The notes beneath the pieces were generated by a model that made no database searches, was not told the origin of the DNA, and worked only from the letters and a program-made list of their open reading frames with translations. From NCBI GenBank assembly GCA_965112155.1, contig OZ218100.1: a stretch of 64,000 nucleotides of DNA; one strand, 5' to 3'. This DNA is from Podarcis liolepis (taxonomy: Eukaryota). Each line of letters starts with the position of its first letter. Positions within the stretch are counted from its first letter, which is position 1. This document shows positions 1 through 12,600 of the stretch, one piece after another. The position numbers were made by a program, and so were the translations under genes.

Positions 1-19
1 AGTGAATGCTGTCAGATAC

Positions 20-415
20 TGTATTTTTCGGCCCATAGGGCGCACCGGCCCATAGGGCACACCTAGTTTTGGGGGGGGGAATAAAGAAAAAAAATTATTT
101 TCCCCCCCCAGGCGTGGGGCTGGGGTGGGGGAAGCCCGAGCTTCCCCAGCCCACAGAACAGGCAGCTCTCCACAAGCCGTGGGAGAGCTGTGCGAAGCCT
201 GAAGCCTGGGGGGCGCTGAGCTCAGCGCCCCCAGGCTTCAGGGTGCAGGCAGTTCTCCACAAGCCGTGGGAGAGCTGCATGAAGTCATGCAGCTCTCCCA
301 CGGCTTGCGGATAGCTTCCTGAAGCCTGGTGGGCCATAGGGGTCACTTCAGCGAAAGCCTGCATTCGCCCCATAGGACGCACACACATTTCCCCTTCATT
401 TTTGGAGGGGAAAAA
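20..415. mobile_element. Tc1/mariner (Tc2/pogo-like) non-autonomous DNA transposon, right end truncated
   Basis: Begins TA-CTGTATTTTTCGGCCCATAGGGCGCAC; internal repeats of cccatagg(g/a)cgcac; GC-rich palindromic core; no matching right TIR seen. Confidence 0.65.
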
Positions 416-492
416 CTTTGTTTTGCTTCTTGGTATTTCTGATCACAGTTTTGCAAGGCAAATGCTTATCTCTTTTGTCTTCCAATAAATAG

Positions 493-640
493 TGATGGAT
501 TGGTGATTTTAGCTGCAGCCTGGCATCTTGGTGACAGTCCATGCCTCATCTACTATACTTTAATAACAGTAGAGGATAATGGTTACCCCACATGTGATAA
601 TGTTATTGTGGAAGTCACCCAGTATAATCCACCGTTTCAG
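493..640 (+). CDS. NUP133: NUP133 exon ([11 protein letters not shown]...YNPPFQ)
   Basis: tag| acceptor at 492, |gtaatt donor at 641. Confidence 0.93.
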
Positions 641-3600
641 GTAATTGACCTTATGCATTACAGGGGTTTTTGTGCCTTATTAGCTATTAGCTCTTGATTC
701 TAAACACACTGTTGGAAATACATCATGCTGACTGTGTTCACCTGTTGCATTAAGGGGGGAAAGGGGGGTATAAAATAATAATAATAATAATAACAACAAC
801 AACAACAATCACCATTTATTTTATACATGAACACTTATGTTAGCAGCCTAGAGCTGGATATCAACCTAAACATATTATACTATTATGGAAAACGATGTGG
901 AGTTGGCAACACCAACCATAAATGTGTCACTTTCAGCCTGTTTTCCCTACCCCTTTGGGATCAAGCCGTTAGGCTTCATACAAACGCATAGGTGTCATGC
1001 TAACAGGTTGAGGGTAATATGCTTTTATAAATGTCGGTGTTAACCCTTAATGCAACATATTTCAGCCTGAAGAACTGATGTGTCGTTTAGTAGTCCCAAA
1101 TTTCTCCAGCCATGCTGCCTGTCTTTACACAGAAGAGGAGGTATTTGCTTGCTCAACAGGAACAGGAAGAATTTCTTTGCCCCAGGAGAAAATGATATTC
1201 AGTATTCAAGGTAAGAACCTAAAGAAGCCGGAGCTCTTAATAAGCCAATGAGGGTGTTTGTAGGGTCTCTCCAGAACAATTATGCTTTTAAAACTTACTG
1301 TATTTACTTTTTATGGAAATGGTCATAGGTATAGCAGTGGTATAGATAGAGCAGTGATTATTCATCTTGCCATTGACTCACAGTACAATCCTGTACATGT
1401 CTACTCAGAAGTAAGTCCCATTGAGATCAATTGGCCTTACTTCCCGGTAAGTGTGTATAGAATTGAAGTCTCAATGACTTAAGCAGTTACGGACCTAACA
1501 GTGAAATCTTAGATTTAAGAACAATCCCTATTGTGTTATATAGAGTTATTATTGTAGGCATAGGAACTTTATAATAAACTCTGTCTTGTTCCTTTTTCGC
1601 TTGATAACTCTGAAAACCAGGCCTTGCAGCCTTTTAACTTGTGCTTATAACATAGCTTAGCAAATCAAACTTAAGCCCACAGTTTGACATTCATTAATGG
1701 TGTTGAAGTTGTATTGTGTTGTGTTTATTTCCTACCTTAGGTGATAGAATTTTAGGAGCAGGTTCCTGTGCTGGACTTCCAATTTTTTTCACTAGAAAAA
1801 GTGGGCTGGTTGCCATACATTCCAGGGAAAACATTACCGTGCTTCCTGAAGATATTGAGGATTCTTTAGCCTCCTCTATAGCTGAGACAAATGATGAGGT
1901 AAGGAGGGAAAACATTGTCTTAATTGTCTTAACAGTAAAGATGTATATTCCTGCACTGGATTTTCTTAGATAATTTAGTTATTTCAAAGTTAGCATTTTT
2001 ACTATTTCAAACTACTTTTTTGTGGAAGCATTATTCCTCCCTTTACATTTTTCTCTCTTTTTCAATTTTATTTTAGAGCATTGCGTTTGATGCTGCTTCC
2101 AGGATGGATATTATAGCGCAAGAGGATAAGACCAAAATGTTAAAATCTGCTTTCTTACAGTTTTGCAGGTATAAAATTATGTCATATTTAATATACAGTA
2201 TATTTCATTCTGGGAGCATTGTGGGTTTGTAAAACTGAAGAGAAATATTAACATTTTAGCATTACCTTTTATAGAGGATGAAAGCCAACATAATACAAAT
2301 AGGTATGCCCTGGGTTTTCTTCCTCTCTTCCCTGCAGCCATTTGTGCACTTCCAAAATCTGTAAAAATAGATGGCTTTATGTTCTATCAGATAACAAACA
2401 ATTGGGTTCTGCAGACTATCAAAAGATCTTGTTCTCCTTTCTATCCAAGTAGTCTATAATCCCTCCTGTTGCTTGTAAGACCTCTCCCTTTGCTGGTCCT
2501 TCAGTCTGTTTCTTATCTTCCTTCATTTGGAGCAGAATCCATTTGTTCCTCCTTCAGTGTGCTAATCTTCTCCTTTAAAACTACCTCCCATCATTAAGCA
2601 TATCACGGTGGTGAGATGATTACTGCCCACCCCTGCTTCAACCACAAGACAAATTACACCACCGTCCTCCTCTTTCATCACGGCACAAGTTCACAGGAAG
2701 CAGATAGAGCACTACCAGCTGAAGCTGTGACTGGGGTTAATCTCCTTTCATGCACCCCTCCAGTAAAGACAGTCACAGCTCTGCTCCTTACAGCACCTAT
2801 GGCAGCTTCTGCCTGTTCCCCATCTGATGTCAACATCATTCTCCCACAGTAGTTCTGCAGTACCAGATGTGGTCCCCCAGAGGGCAGAAGATAACCATGA
2901 AATACTTAGAGAACTTGAAGAAAGAGGCAATATTTTGAATACAGCATCAGCATCTACAACCTGCTGCTGTGGATCCAGCTGATTGGTCTTAGGTACCTCT
3001 CATCTAGTGCCCTGCCCGACAGTTTTTCCTGTTTTGTATTGAGGACCCAATTTGTCCTCAAGATTGAAGAGGCTGTTGTGGCAGATACAGCTGAAGAGCT
3101 AGTTCCCAATAAGCAGTTTTAAGAGTATCTAGGACCCTCTCCTGCTCTTGAGGGCCATCCTTTAAGTGAAACCCCAAAGTTGTTTTTGTTGTTGTTGTTT
3201 TTAATAGTCAGTCCACCGCAGATTCTGTGATTTCTCAGCACCATCTGCAGAGGAATCTCCTGACCCTATTAGCTCACTAGTAAGCACTTTCATAGAAGAA
3301 CACTATTGCATGTACCCTACCCTCAGCCTGTGTAAAGTTGACAGCATGATAGATTACCCCTTTGCCTTAGAGACCAGCCACCAGACCAAGAGATACGTCA
3401 AAAGGTTCCTGATCCAGAGGGCAAAAGCTGTGAATGCCCTCATAACATCATGGCCTCCAACTCCCCTACTGTCACACGTTGTTCACAAAATTCAGTTGGA
3501 CAGGGTTTAGGTAGTCCTAGTGGCTCTCTGCCGGCACAGCCAGTCCTGGTTTTCCAAAATTCTCTAGCTGGTAGAGTATCCACCGTAGTTCCTGCCACTC

Positions 3601-6600
3601 AAGCCAGACCTACTCTCACAGAGACCCCTATTGCAGCCAGGCCTCGCCCACCTCTAGCTAACTGTTTGAAAACTGAACAGAGCGTTCTCCTGAGGGCAGG
3701 TTTCCAACCAGAAGTGGCTGAATGGTCCTCAGCAAGCACTTTCGTACACCATTTCGTACAACTTAGACCTACTTGCATAGGTAGTAGCTGCTTTGGGGAA
3801 GATGAGTGCTGCGGCACATGCTCCCATTTCACCCTGCAGCCACCTGATCGCACCCACAGGACAGCAGTTTTGATGCATTCCACTTGACTCACATCCCATG
3901 CCCAAGGTAGCCCAGAACCATGGTCTTTATTATGAATGTGGTTTCCAGTTGAGCATTAGCAGGTGCCAATGCCACCCACTTAGCAATCACCTGAAGGGTT
4001 TTTTTGGTCTTGAGCATCCAGCTTCAGTGCACACACAGCTAGCCTTGGCTATGTTTCCTTCTGCCCCTCCCCAGCCCCAGTCCTTTTATGGATGTTCTTC
4101 CTGATTCCTGTTGTCATCGTACACTAGCTTAGCCACAGAACAGAACTGAAGGGCAAGCAGAAGGGGCCTTCTTGAATATGGGGCAAGAGGGATGCAATCA
4201 CAAGCTTCTTGTCTTCCAAGCAGTCGGAGGGATTATGACCTACTTGGACACCCTCAGATGTGCAGTTAAAAGCAACATTCCCAATGAGGACCAGTGTTCC
4301 GTTCTAAGAGTCAACTCACCAAGAGTTTCCTTTCATTTCAGTAATAATATGAAAGGTGCACAAATCATCGTCGCTGAGCTCTTTCCACAGCATGGAGATG
4401 CATACCCTGATGCAGACCTAGACAGTGCTGTGTTTCAAATTAGTGAGAATTTGGTGGATGATTATCCTACATCTGACCCACGATGGGCTGAATCAGTACC
4501 TGAAGGTGAGAAGTCCCATGTGTAAAATGGACATTCTGACTGTACAGCCTTAAGAAAGTAAGACTGTAAGTTATACTAACTTTCAAACCCCTTTCCTTGT
4601 CACTTTTTTTGTACCAAAGCAGCTAGTTTTCCAAATTCTTCCATCATTCTTCTTCATCAGCTGGAAAATAAGACAAAGGCCCATTCTCTATTCATTGACT
4701 TTCTTCGTCAGGTAGGTTCCTAATGTTCTTGTGTAAATGTGGTAGTATAGGATGTGGCACAAGAGTATTTTTATGTACAATTATCTCTATCCAAGGTGGG
4801 TCTATTTGGTCGCCTGGGCAATTTCCAAGTACGAAGCATACCAATGGCAACTCGGTGGTTACTCTGTGAACATGCAGAAAAGTTAGCGGCAGCCATTGCT
4901 CTCAAGAACCATCACTACAGATTGCCAGATGTGGTCAATGCTGCAATAGAGACTGCTTTGATGAAAAGAGAAGACGACGTTCCGTCAAGTCTAACTCCTG
5001 CAGATGTTTTCTTCAGAGAGGTGATATAAAGAAATAATTTATCTACAACCACATCTGTCGTTTTCTGTGTGAATAGCATTTCCTAATAAAATTCATGAGA
5101 ATCCATGTAACATTCTAGATTTCTTCTTTTAGATCCATACTTTAGGACGGGGGTGGTAACATGAATACTTTTCCTTTAGGAAAGTGCCTGATGAAAATCT
5201 CCCATGCTTATGGATCCATTTTAAGAATGAAAATTAAATGACACAAAAGCCATTTATGAGATTCGCGGAGCAATCTAAGCTCCCGGCTGAGAGCAGATGC
5301 TCTACCACTACACCTGAAGCCTTGCTGCTCACACATGGCAGGAGGAGAGGTTTTGTTTTTCCAGCTCCAGGCTAGTCCTGCTAGTGCCTGTGGTAGCTAG
5401 TAGATCATTGTATCCCCAGCCTGTTTGGTTGGGTATACAATTGCGCTCTTAACGTGCTAAGTGAAACACTTAAACTGCTCAGTGCATAAAATATCAGGCT
5501 GAATCACTGCTTTTATACCTGATCAGCAGTGTTAATTGTCAGTGTTCCGTCTTCTTTTCTGTTTTTCAGGTGTCACAGATAGATACTATTTTTGAATGCT
5601 TACTGGAAAAGGAAAAGCAAGTCTTGAGGGATATGTCAGTTCAATCTGAGGAATGGTCTGAAATAGTCGTCAATGTAAACAATATCATAAAGGTATTACA
5701 TTTCAAAAATTAAGTAACGGTAAAAAGTCCCCGACCTAGGAAACTGGACGTAATACACCCAGCTAAATGTTTTAAAGCCCCATTTGATTTCATAGCTTAA
5801 ATCCTTCCAGATCCAATAAATGAAATTTGAAAAGGGGATCATACACTAATTTAGGGTTTTAATAAGAAGTGGGAGGCTGGACAGTTTTAGATTACATGTT
5901 GCAGTAAAATGAAAATGAATGACAATATTGTTGATTTCCCAAAATATCTTCCCATCAGATGAAAACAGAAAATTGCAGTAGCAGTAAAATAACTGGTTAT
6001 TCTCGCTACCCATAGGAAACTACCCAGAATAAAGGAGGGGGAAATACAGTGTGGCTTGGAATCATAATACAGGATACAGAAATGTAAAATGTAATAATAC
6101 TAAAAAATGCTGAGTGCTAATATATAGATGACACTCCCAAAAAATCCTGTTTGGTAACGTCCTATGTTTTCTGTGTCAATATTCTCTAGGATATGCTGCA
6201 AGCTGCTATCCAAGACCGTCAGTCCAAAGCTGCTTTATATAAAATAAGAGAGCCTCCCGAAATGGAACCAGAATATGTTCCATGGACAGGTGAGAATAGA
6301 GGAAATCTTATATAAATGGTTTTGTAACACAGTATTTCTCTTTCTACATAAAATCCACCGAAGAGTACTTTATTAGCCTTTCAAATTGTTGCCCTTGCTC
6401 TTAAATTTCTAACTCAATAGTGCCATGTTTCATAAATACCTCACTGGTTTTCTTGAACATAAATGTTACATTTTTCCTGAACGTCTGGGCTAACATGCTT
6501 GCCTGCTTATCATCATTATGGCTTATGTAAGGCCATTACTGCTGTCTGTGCATTTGAACATAAGCATTTATTTACTGGTGCAGATAACATTAGGAGGCTA

Positions 6601-9600
6601 GTAGTGCTGTTAACATTGTAAGATGGTTGCCCTGGAAACTGATTTCAAAACTTTCTTGAATTAAATTGTGATTGGTTGTTTTTTTAATGGCATTTCAAAA
6701 TAAATGTGATTTCTCAGCCACAATTTAAATTTGCACCTTTTTTCTTCCTGGAGAAATCAGACAGGGAAGGACAGATGAGAGCTGAGTTAACCTGAGGCAC
6801 AGTCTCTCTCCTACTCAGTACAACACTTGTTCCTGTGAACAAGCCCTAAGCTTATTATAGACTTACATTCCTGCCTGCAATAACTTGAAATTTACACTTT
6901 CGTAAAAATTACGAGCAACATCACAGTACAGGTGGCTTTGCAGGAGAAATATATGATACATTCCCTCATGCTTTTAAGTTGTTTTGCACATCATAGAATT
7001 AAGAGCCTACATGGAAGTTATAACAAATGCTTTCCAATGCATGTGCACATGTATCATCAAACAAATCTATGTACCGGATGGCTGTAACATTTTGCTTAGA
7101 AATCCCTTCCATGTAGAATTTTGTAATGCAGGCAGGAGAGACTTTTAGAAACCATGGTTTTAAAGCTGTAAAGGAAAGAAGCCTGTGTATTAGGTTTTGG
7201 TGTAAAGAACAGGATTTTATCCTATTGTTTCTAAAGTTTTCAGATTATTTCATGAGGGGAAAGGTAGACAAGAGGGCATACTTGACACTGAGCTCAAGCA
7301 GTTGCCTTTTCTTCTCAGCCATAGCCTTGGCTCTGCTAGGATTGTTTATGTGGACGCTTTTCTTTCTCTGCTGTGCAGTGCTGTTGTTCCACTAAATGAC
7401 TTAGGCTGGGGGTTGCTGCTTTGCTATGGAAAGTAGATACATTTACTTTGTAACGGCCTCTTGTGTCTAACTTCCCCTTGGTACGCTATCATATGTCATT
7501 TTTCAAATTCCATATGCCAAATATAATAATGCGTTACTACTTCATTTTTCGGTCTTCTCAAGCATCTGTTGGTGTGCGAACGACTATAATACAGCAACAT
7601 GAAATCATTCTGAAGAAGGTCTATCCTCAGGTTAACAGCAAGCTTCGTAGCATAGTGACAGAACAGCTGGTGGCACTTCTAGATTGCTTTCTGGATGGTT
7701 ATGTTTCTCAGCTTAAATCTGTGGACCGGCCAGAGTACCAAGAACGCTATAACAGTCTGGAAATGGAATACATGCAGAAAAGATCTGAACTGTTGTCACC
7801 ACTACGTAAGTGCTGCGATTATTATACAGGGTGCCATTTAAGTCTCTGCCATGGGTATAGGAAAGCAGGGGAATAAGGAAATGCTCTTCTTTCTTTTCTT
7901 CTTTCCAATAATGTTTGCCTATTTTTAGCTTTCAGAGCAGAGTTTTCTTTGTAATGTCAAGTCAAAAATGTGGATTAGAATATTTCAACAACATTTCACA
8001 GTGTGCCGTTTGGTTCTTAGTTTTTCGATTCTTGGCAATGTTGAGTTGCTTTTTCTTAAGGGGAAGATAATTTTCAAGGAATTATTAATGAATGAACGTG
8101 TGATTGTATTATTGTCAGAACCTAATCCTTTGCTTAGGAGTTCCTCCCTGGCACCTTCTCCATGCTAGAGTTTGGCTTGTCAGGAATTACAGTCAGGCCC
8201 CCTCTGCCCTAACATTAACTTTTCCCTTACTCCTCAATTATAAGGAACTTTGAAGCCCCCCTGCCAACAGCTGTGTGTCCCCAGGTTGTTCCTTATCTGC
8301 CTTATCAGGCTCCACTGCAGGGAGGAGAAATGGTGTGTTTTGTCTGACTGCAGGCTTGCTTCCCAGCCATTCTCCAGCAGCAAGCTCTGCTTACTGAGGA
8401 CTTGATCCTGCATCCATGCAGGTGGGAAACACAGCGGGCAATACGGTGGTCCCTGGTGGCTCACAGCTCTTCTGTAGGAGAAAAATTGTATTGTCCTACT
8501 ACTCCATTGTTTGTTGCTGGGGAGAATGCAGTACCCACCTTCACTCACAGGAACCAAATCCTATTGGTTGAATCAAATTGTCCCCCCACTCACAAAAGAC
8601 TCTTTGATCTAGCATAGTCTTTCAACTTAATCATATAGAGCCTATGATCTTTCTAATGGCATGTAGAGTATACCCCTTGCAAATTGCTCTAACTGCTTTA
8701 TAATTTTTGAAAACAATTATCTAGAGGCAAAATGCCCTTGAAACCCACACTCGTGGATCTTATTATTATTATTATTTTAAGTCTTCACAAAATGGCCATG
8801 TTTTTATTGTGGGTATTTTTCCTTGTTTGTTTTTGTTCAGTTTCTCTTGGACAGTACCAGCTGGCTGCCGCTCTAGCAGAAAAATACTGTGACTTTGACA
8901 TATTGGTACAATTGTGTGAGCAGACTGATAACCAGACCAGATTGCAACGTTACATGACACAGTTTGCTGATCAGGTAGTGTTTTTTATTTACTCCAAACA
9001 ACAGGCTGTTAAGTAAGTGTATATTGTAGGAGAAACCTCAGACTTGCTGTCGGGTTATTTTTCAGAATTATGTCAGTACAGATTTCTTTTTCTCTTAAGC
9101 AGCTATCTTATTACACATACAGATAGTGACTATCCAAGAGCGTCATAAGTTACAGAGAAAATAACCAGGCTTAGCCATTAGGTGGCTGCATCAGGCAACA
9201 GATGCTAGGGGAGAATTGAGTTGTTGGAGAACAGAAGTCTGGGTGCTCCATGACTTATGTGTTGCAGTAAGTTTCATCTGTCCATCGGTCAACTTTGGTA
9301 TATGGAATGGTGAAGGGGACCCCATTGTAAACAGCTATTTCTTCACTGATGACCTGTTCCTGAAATGTAAACTTGTGTGAAACAAGTGATAGAACTTTTA
9401 TAAGTATTTTCTATGCTGGAATGTTAAAACTTGCCCCATTTGGTTAAAATGTTTACTTTTTAGATTATTATTTTTAACACAAGTTGCATTCTTGCAAGCT
9501 TGACCGCATTCTTGCTACTTTTAGAATTTTTCAGATTTCCTCTTCCGTTGGTATTTGGAAAAAGGAAAACGGGGAAAGCTGTTATCACAGCCCATTGCTC

Positions 9601-12600
9601 AGCATGGCCAGTTGGCCAGCTTCTTACAAGCTCATGAGCAACTCAGCTGGCTACACGACATCAACAGCAATGATTTTGAAAAGGTAAGGCTTTATAAAAA
9701 AAGCAAAGTATTTGTAATGGGTAGTTGCTCTGTCCTCTGTCGTTGCAGAGCTAGGGAATGTGACTGTCTGTACACAGGCACCTCACTTTGTTAATCGAAG
9801 GAACAAGCGGAGACCTGTGTATTTGCACCTACCATTTTAGTGGGATTCTGCAAGCAGAACAGCTTTTCCTGACTTGGCGCAAGTTACATGCACAACAAAA
9901 GAAAACTGAAATCCAGCAGTGTGCCTCTGATAGTGCATGGCTTTGTTCAGTATCTTGTACGAAAACCTGCACCGCTTCCCACAATGTGTGCTAGCACAAT
10001 GCATTGCATATCCTTTTGCCTTCTGCTGTGTTGTGCTGAGTTTTCCAATAGTTTTTCCACAACAGTTTGTAGAACAACACTGTTATCAGAGTTTTATTCT
10101 GTTCCTGTGTATCTCTGGCTCTTACCCCATGCAAAGTAAAAATAATATGCATAGGAGGCAATTCTGTTCTTTGAAATCTTGACACAGAGGTAATTTGTAA
10201 TCTCATCAAATATTTCTAGAACTTAAGTGACCCAGCATTCTGCAGTTTTCTTTCTTCACTGAGGTTATTCTGATAGCTTTGTAAATATTAAGCTGTTGGG
10301 TCCAAGTTACACAAATGAATGTCTTTCTTTTGTTTTATTTGTTAAAAGTGCAAAATATAACTTAACTTTTTTTAAAAAAAAAACTTCCCAGCCTAAATAC
10401 TGGACAAGTTATAAAATCAGATATTTTAGCAAGCAACTGTTTTTGAAATATCTTTCCTCTTTTCCTTTTTCTTATTCTGGTAGATCCAGTCATTATTTTA
10501 GTGAGTTTCTCTTAGTGAGTTTCTTAGCATTATAATTACAGGAGGCGACCATTTCGCACAGGGTTTCTACTCCTGGCCCCCATGAGAGCCAGTGGAATGA
10601 GCATCAACCTGCCCCATTACACCCCCATTCTGCCTTCTTCCTGGTCCAAAAGGACTCACACATTGGTGATTGCATGTCAATTGGACATGCCTAAAATGGT
10701 CACCACCATTCACAATACTGGGGTGTGAATTCTCTTTAGAGCTTTGTTTGAAGAAACATAATAGAAATATTTACCTGAAATCAATGTATTTCTAAAATAC
10801 CATTTCTTCATAATAGACTTGCTTTGATACTATTTCTATTTTCAGTTACTTTTAACGTGTGTCCTGTAGTGCAGCTGTTTAACATCTTCCCTATCTTGCT
10901 TTTTGCATGTTGTTATTCCCAGAGTTATATAAAATTGTTCACTGTAGAAGAAAATTCTCCTTGGGCATATCAGAATTTGAATGTGTTTATGAAATAATAA
11001 CAATATATAATCATCATGCAGATTACTAATGTCCCTGTTATATGTGTGTGTGTGTGTAAATAAACTTACATGTTGAGCTTTGTGTCACTTGAAATATTAA
11101 AAGTATTTTTTGTCAATGTTAGGCTAACCGAACACTGCAGAATTTAGCAAATACAGAAACTCGGTACTTTGCAAAGAAGAAAACTCTTCTTGGCCTGTGT
11201 AAACTGTCTCTACTGGCTTCTGATGTATCAGAAGTGATGCAGAATGAGAAAATTGAAGGTACTATTTTTTCCATTGCAAAGTTTAAAGTACGTTTTCTGT
11301 ATATGGAGATACCCCTTAATTTATTAGATCTGGAAGGTCAATTGTGATCCCAGCAGTATGGTGGTTGAGACACCAACGACAGAGCTTTAGTTTCCAAAGC
11401 AGTTTGTCCGTTCCCCACTGAAATTCTTGGCTGCCACACACAACAAATTAATACAGGTACAGTGGTACCTCGGGTTAAGTACTTAATTCGTTCCGGAGGT
11501 CCATTCTTAACCTGAAACTGTTCTTAACCTGAAGCACCACTTTAGCTTATGGGGCCTCCTGCTGCTGCCACGCCGCCGGAGCCCGATTTCTGTTCTCATC
11601 CTGAAGCAAAGTTCTTAACCCGAGGTACTATTTCTGGGTTAGCGGAGTCTGTAACCTGAAGCATCTGTAACCTGAAGAGTATGTAACCCGAGGTACCACT
11701 GTATCTATGAACAATTACTGCTGTGGTTGGAATGTGAAAGTTTTCCATCTTTCTGATGTTGCTCCAGTAAGGTGTGCAGCACTTGAAGTAAGGGGTTAAT
11801 TCAGTGGGTGTTGATGTTTAGCTAGTAGATGACACCACCTTGTAATGTAACTATAATGTGTATATTGCTTTTTAAAGAGCCTGCCCATTTTGAGAATGAT
11901 CACTAGGATATTAAGGAATTTTCCATAGAACTGTGGTGCAGAAATGTGGGGGGGCAGGTCCACTATCATGAAAACGTGTCATTTTTGCTGCCTGCTTTCG
12001 ACATGATTATCAATAACTTGGGAGGTAGCACATGGCAAGGGCTGTCATTTACAAGTCTTTCTGAATACATGGACAGAATTCCCTCCCTTGGGATCTTGTA
12101 GGTAGACTTCCCACCACTTTTAGGGGTGGTGGTGGTGGCCTTTATGTTCTATGTTCTATGAGGTCAGAAAATAAAAGCTTCTTGTCAAAATCCTCCCTCC
12201 AACTAGCCATCCAGTTCTTTGCCAAGAAGTGAAGGGGATTTGTAGCAAGTGGTCTGTCTGTCTACTAAACATACTGGCAGGTTACAGGTAGAGGTAGAGT
12301 CACTGGTCTTCAGGCTCACTGAAAACCTTGAGCGTGATGGAATATTCATAATTAGGTAAATAATACTTTCTTTGTACTCGGGAATTATAGTAATTTGTGC
12401 TGTGCTTTTTATTTCTTGTATACAAGAAATTACTGAACAAGAGCGCTTTCTGCTACACCAAGAGACTCTACCTGAGCAGCTGCTGGATGAGAAAAAATTA
12501 AATCTCAATGAAATGCCAGTGTTAAGTGCTCCACAGCTGATTGAGGTATGTACTACTAAGTGTCCTACCGGTATTGAATTTCTGAGCTACTCTGTCGAAA

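Noticed and set aside
11505-11690. Spaced taacctgaa repeats resembling a CRISPR-like array
   Set aside because: Short internal repeats of a TIR-bounded MITE in eukaryotic DNA.
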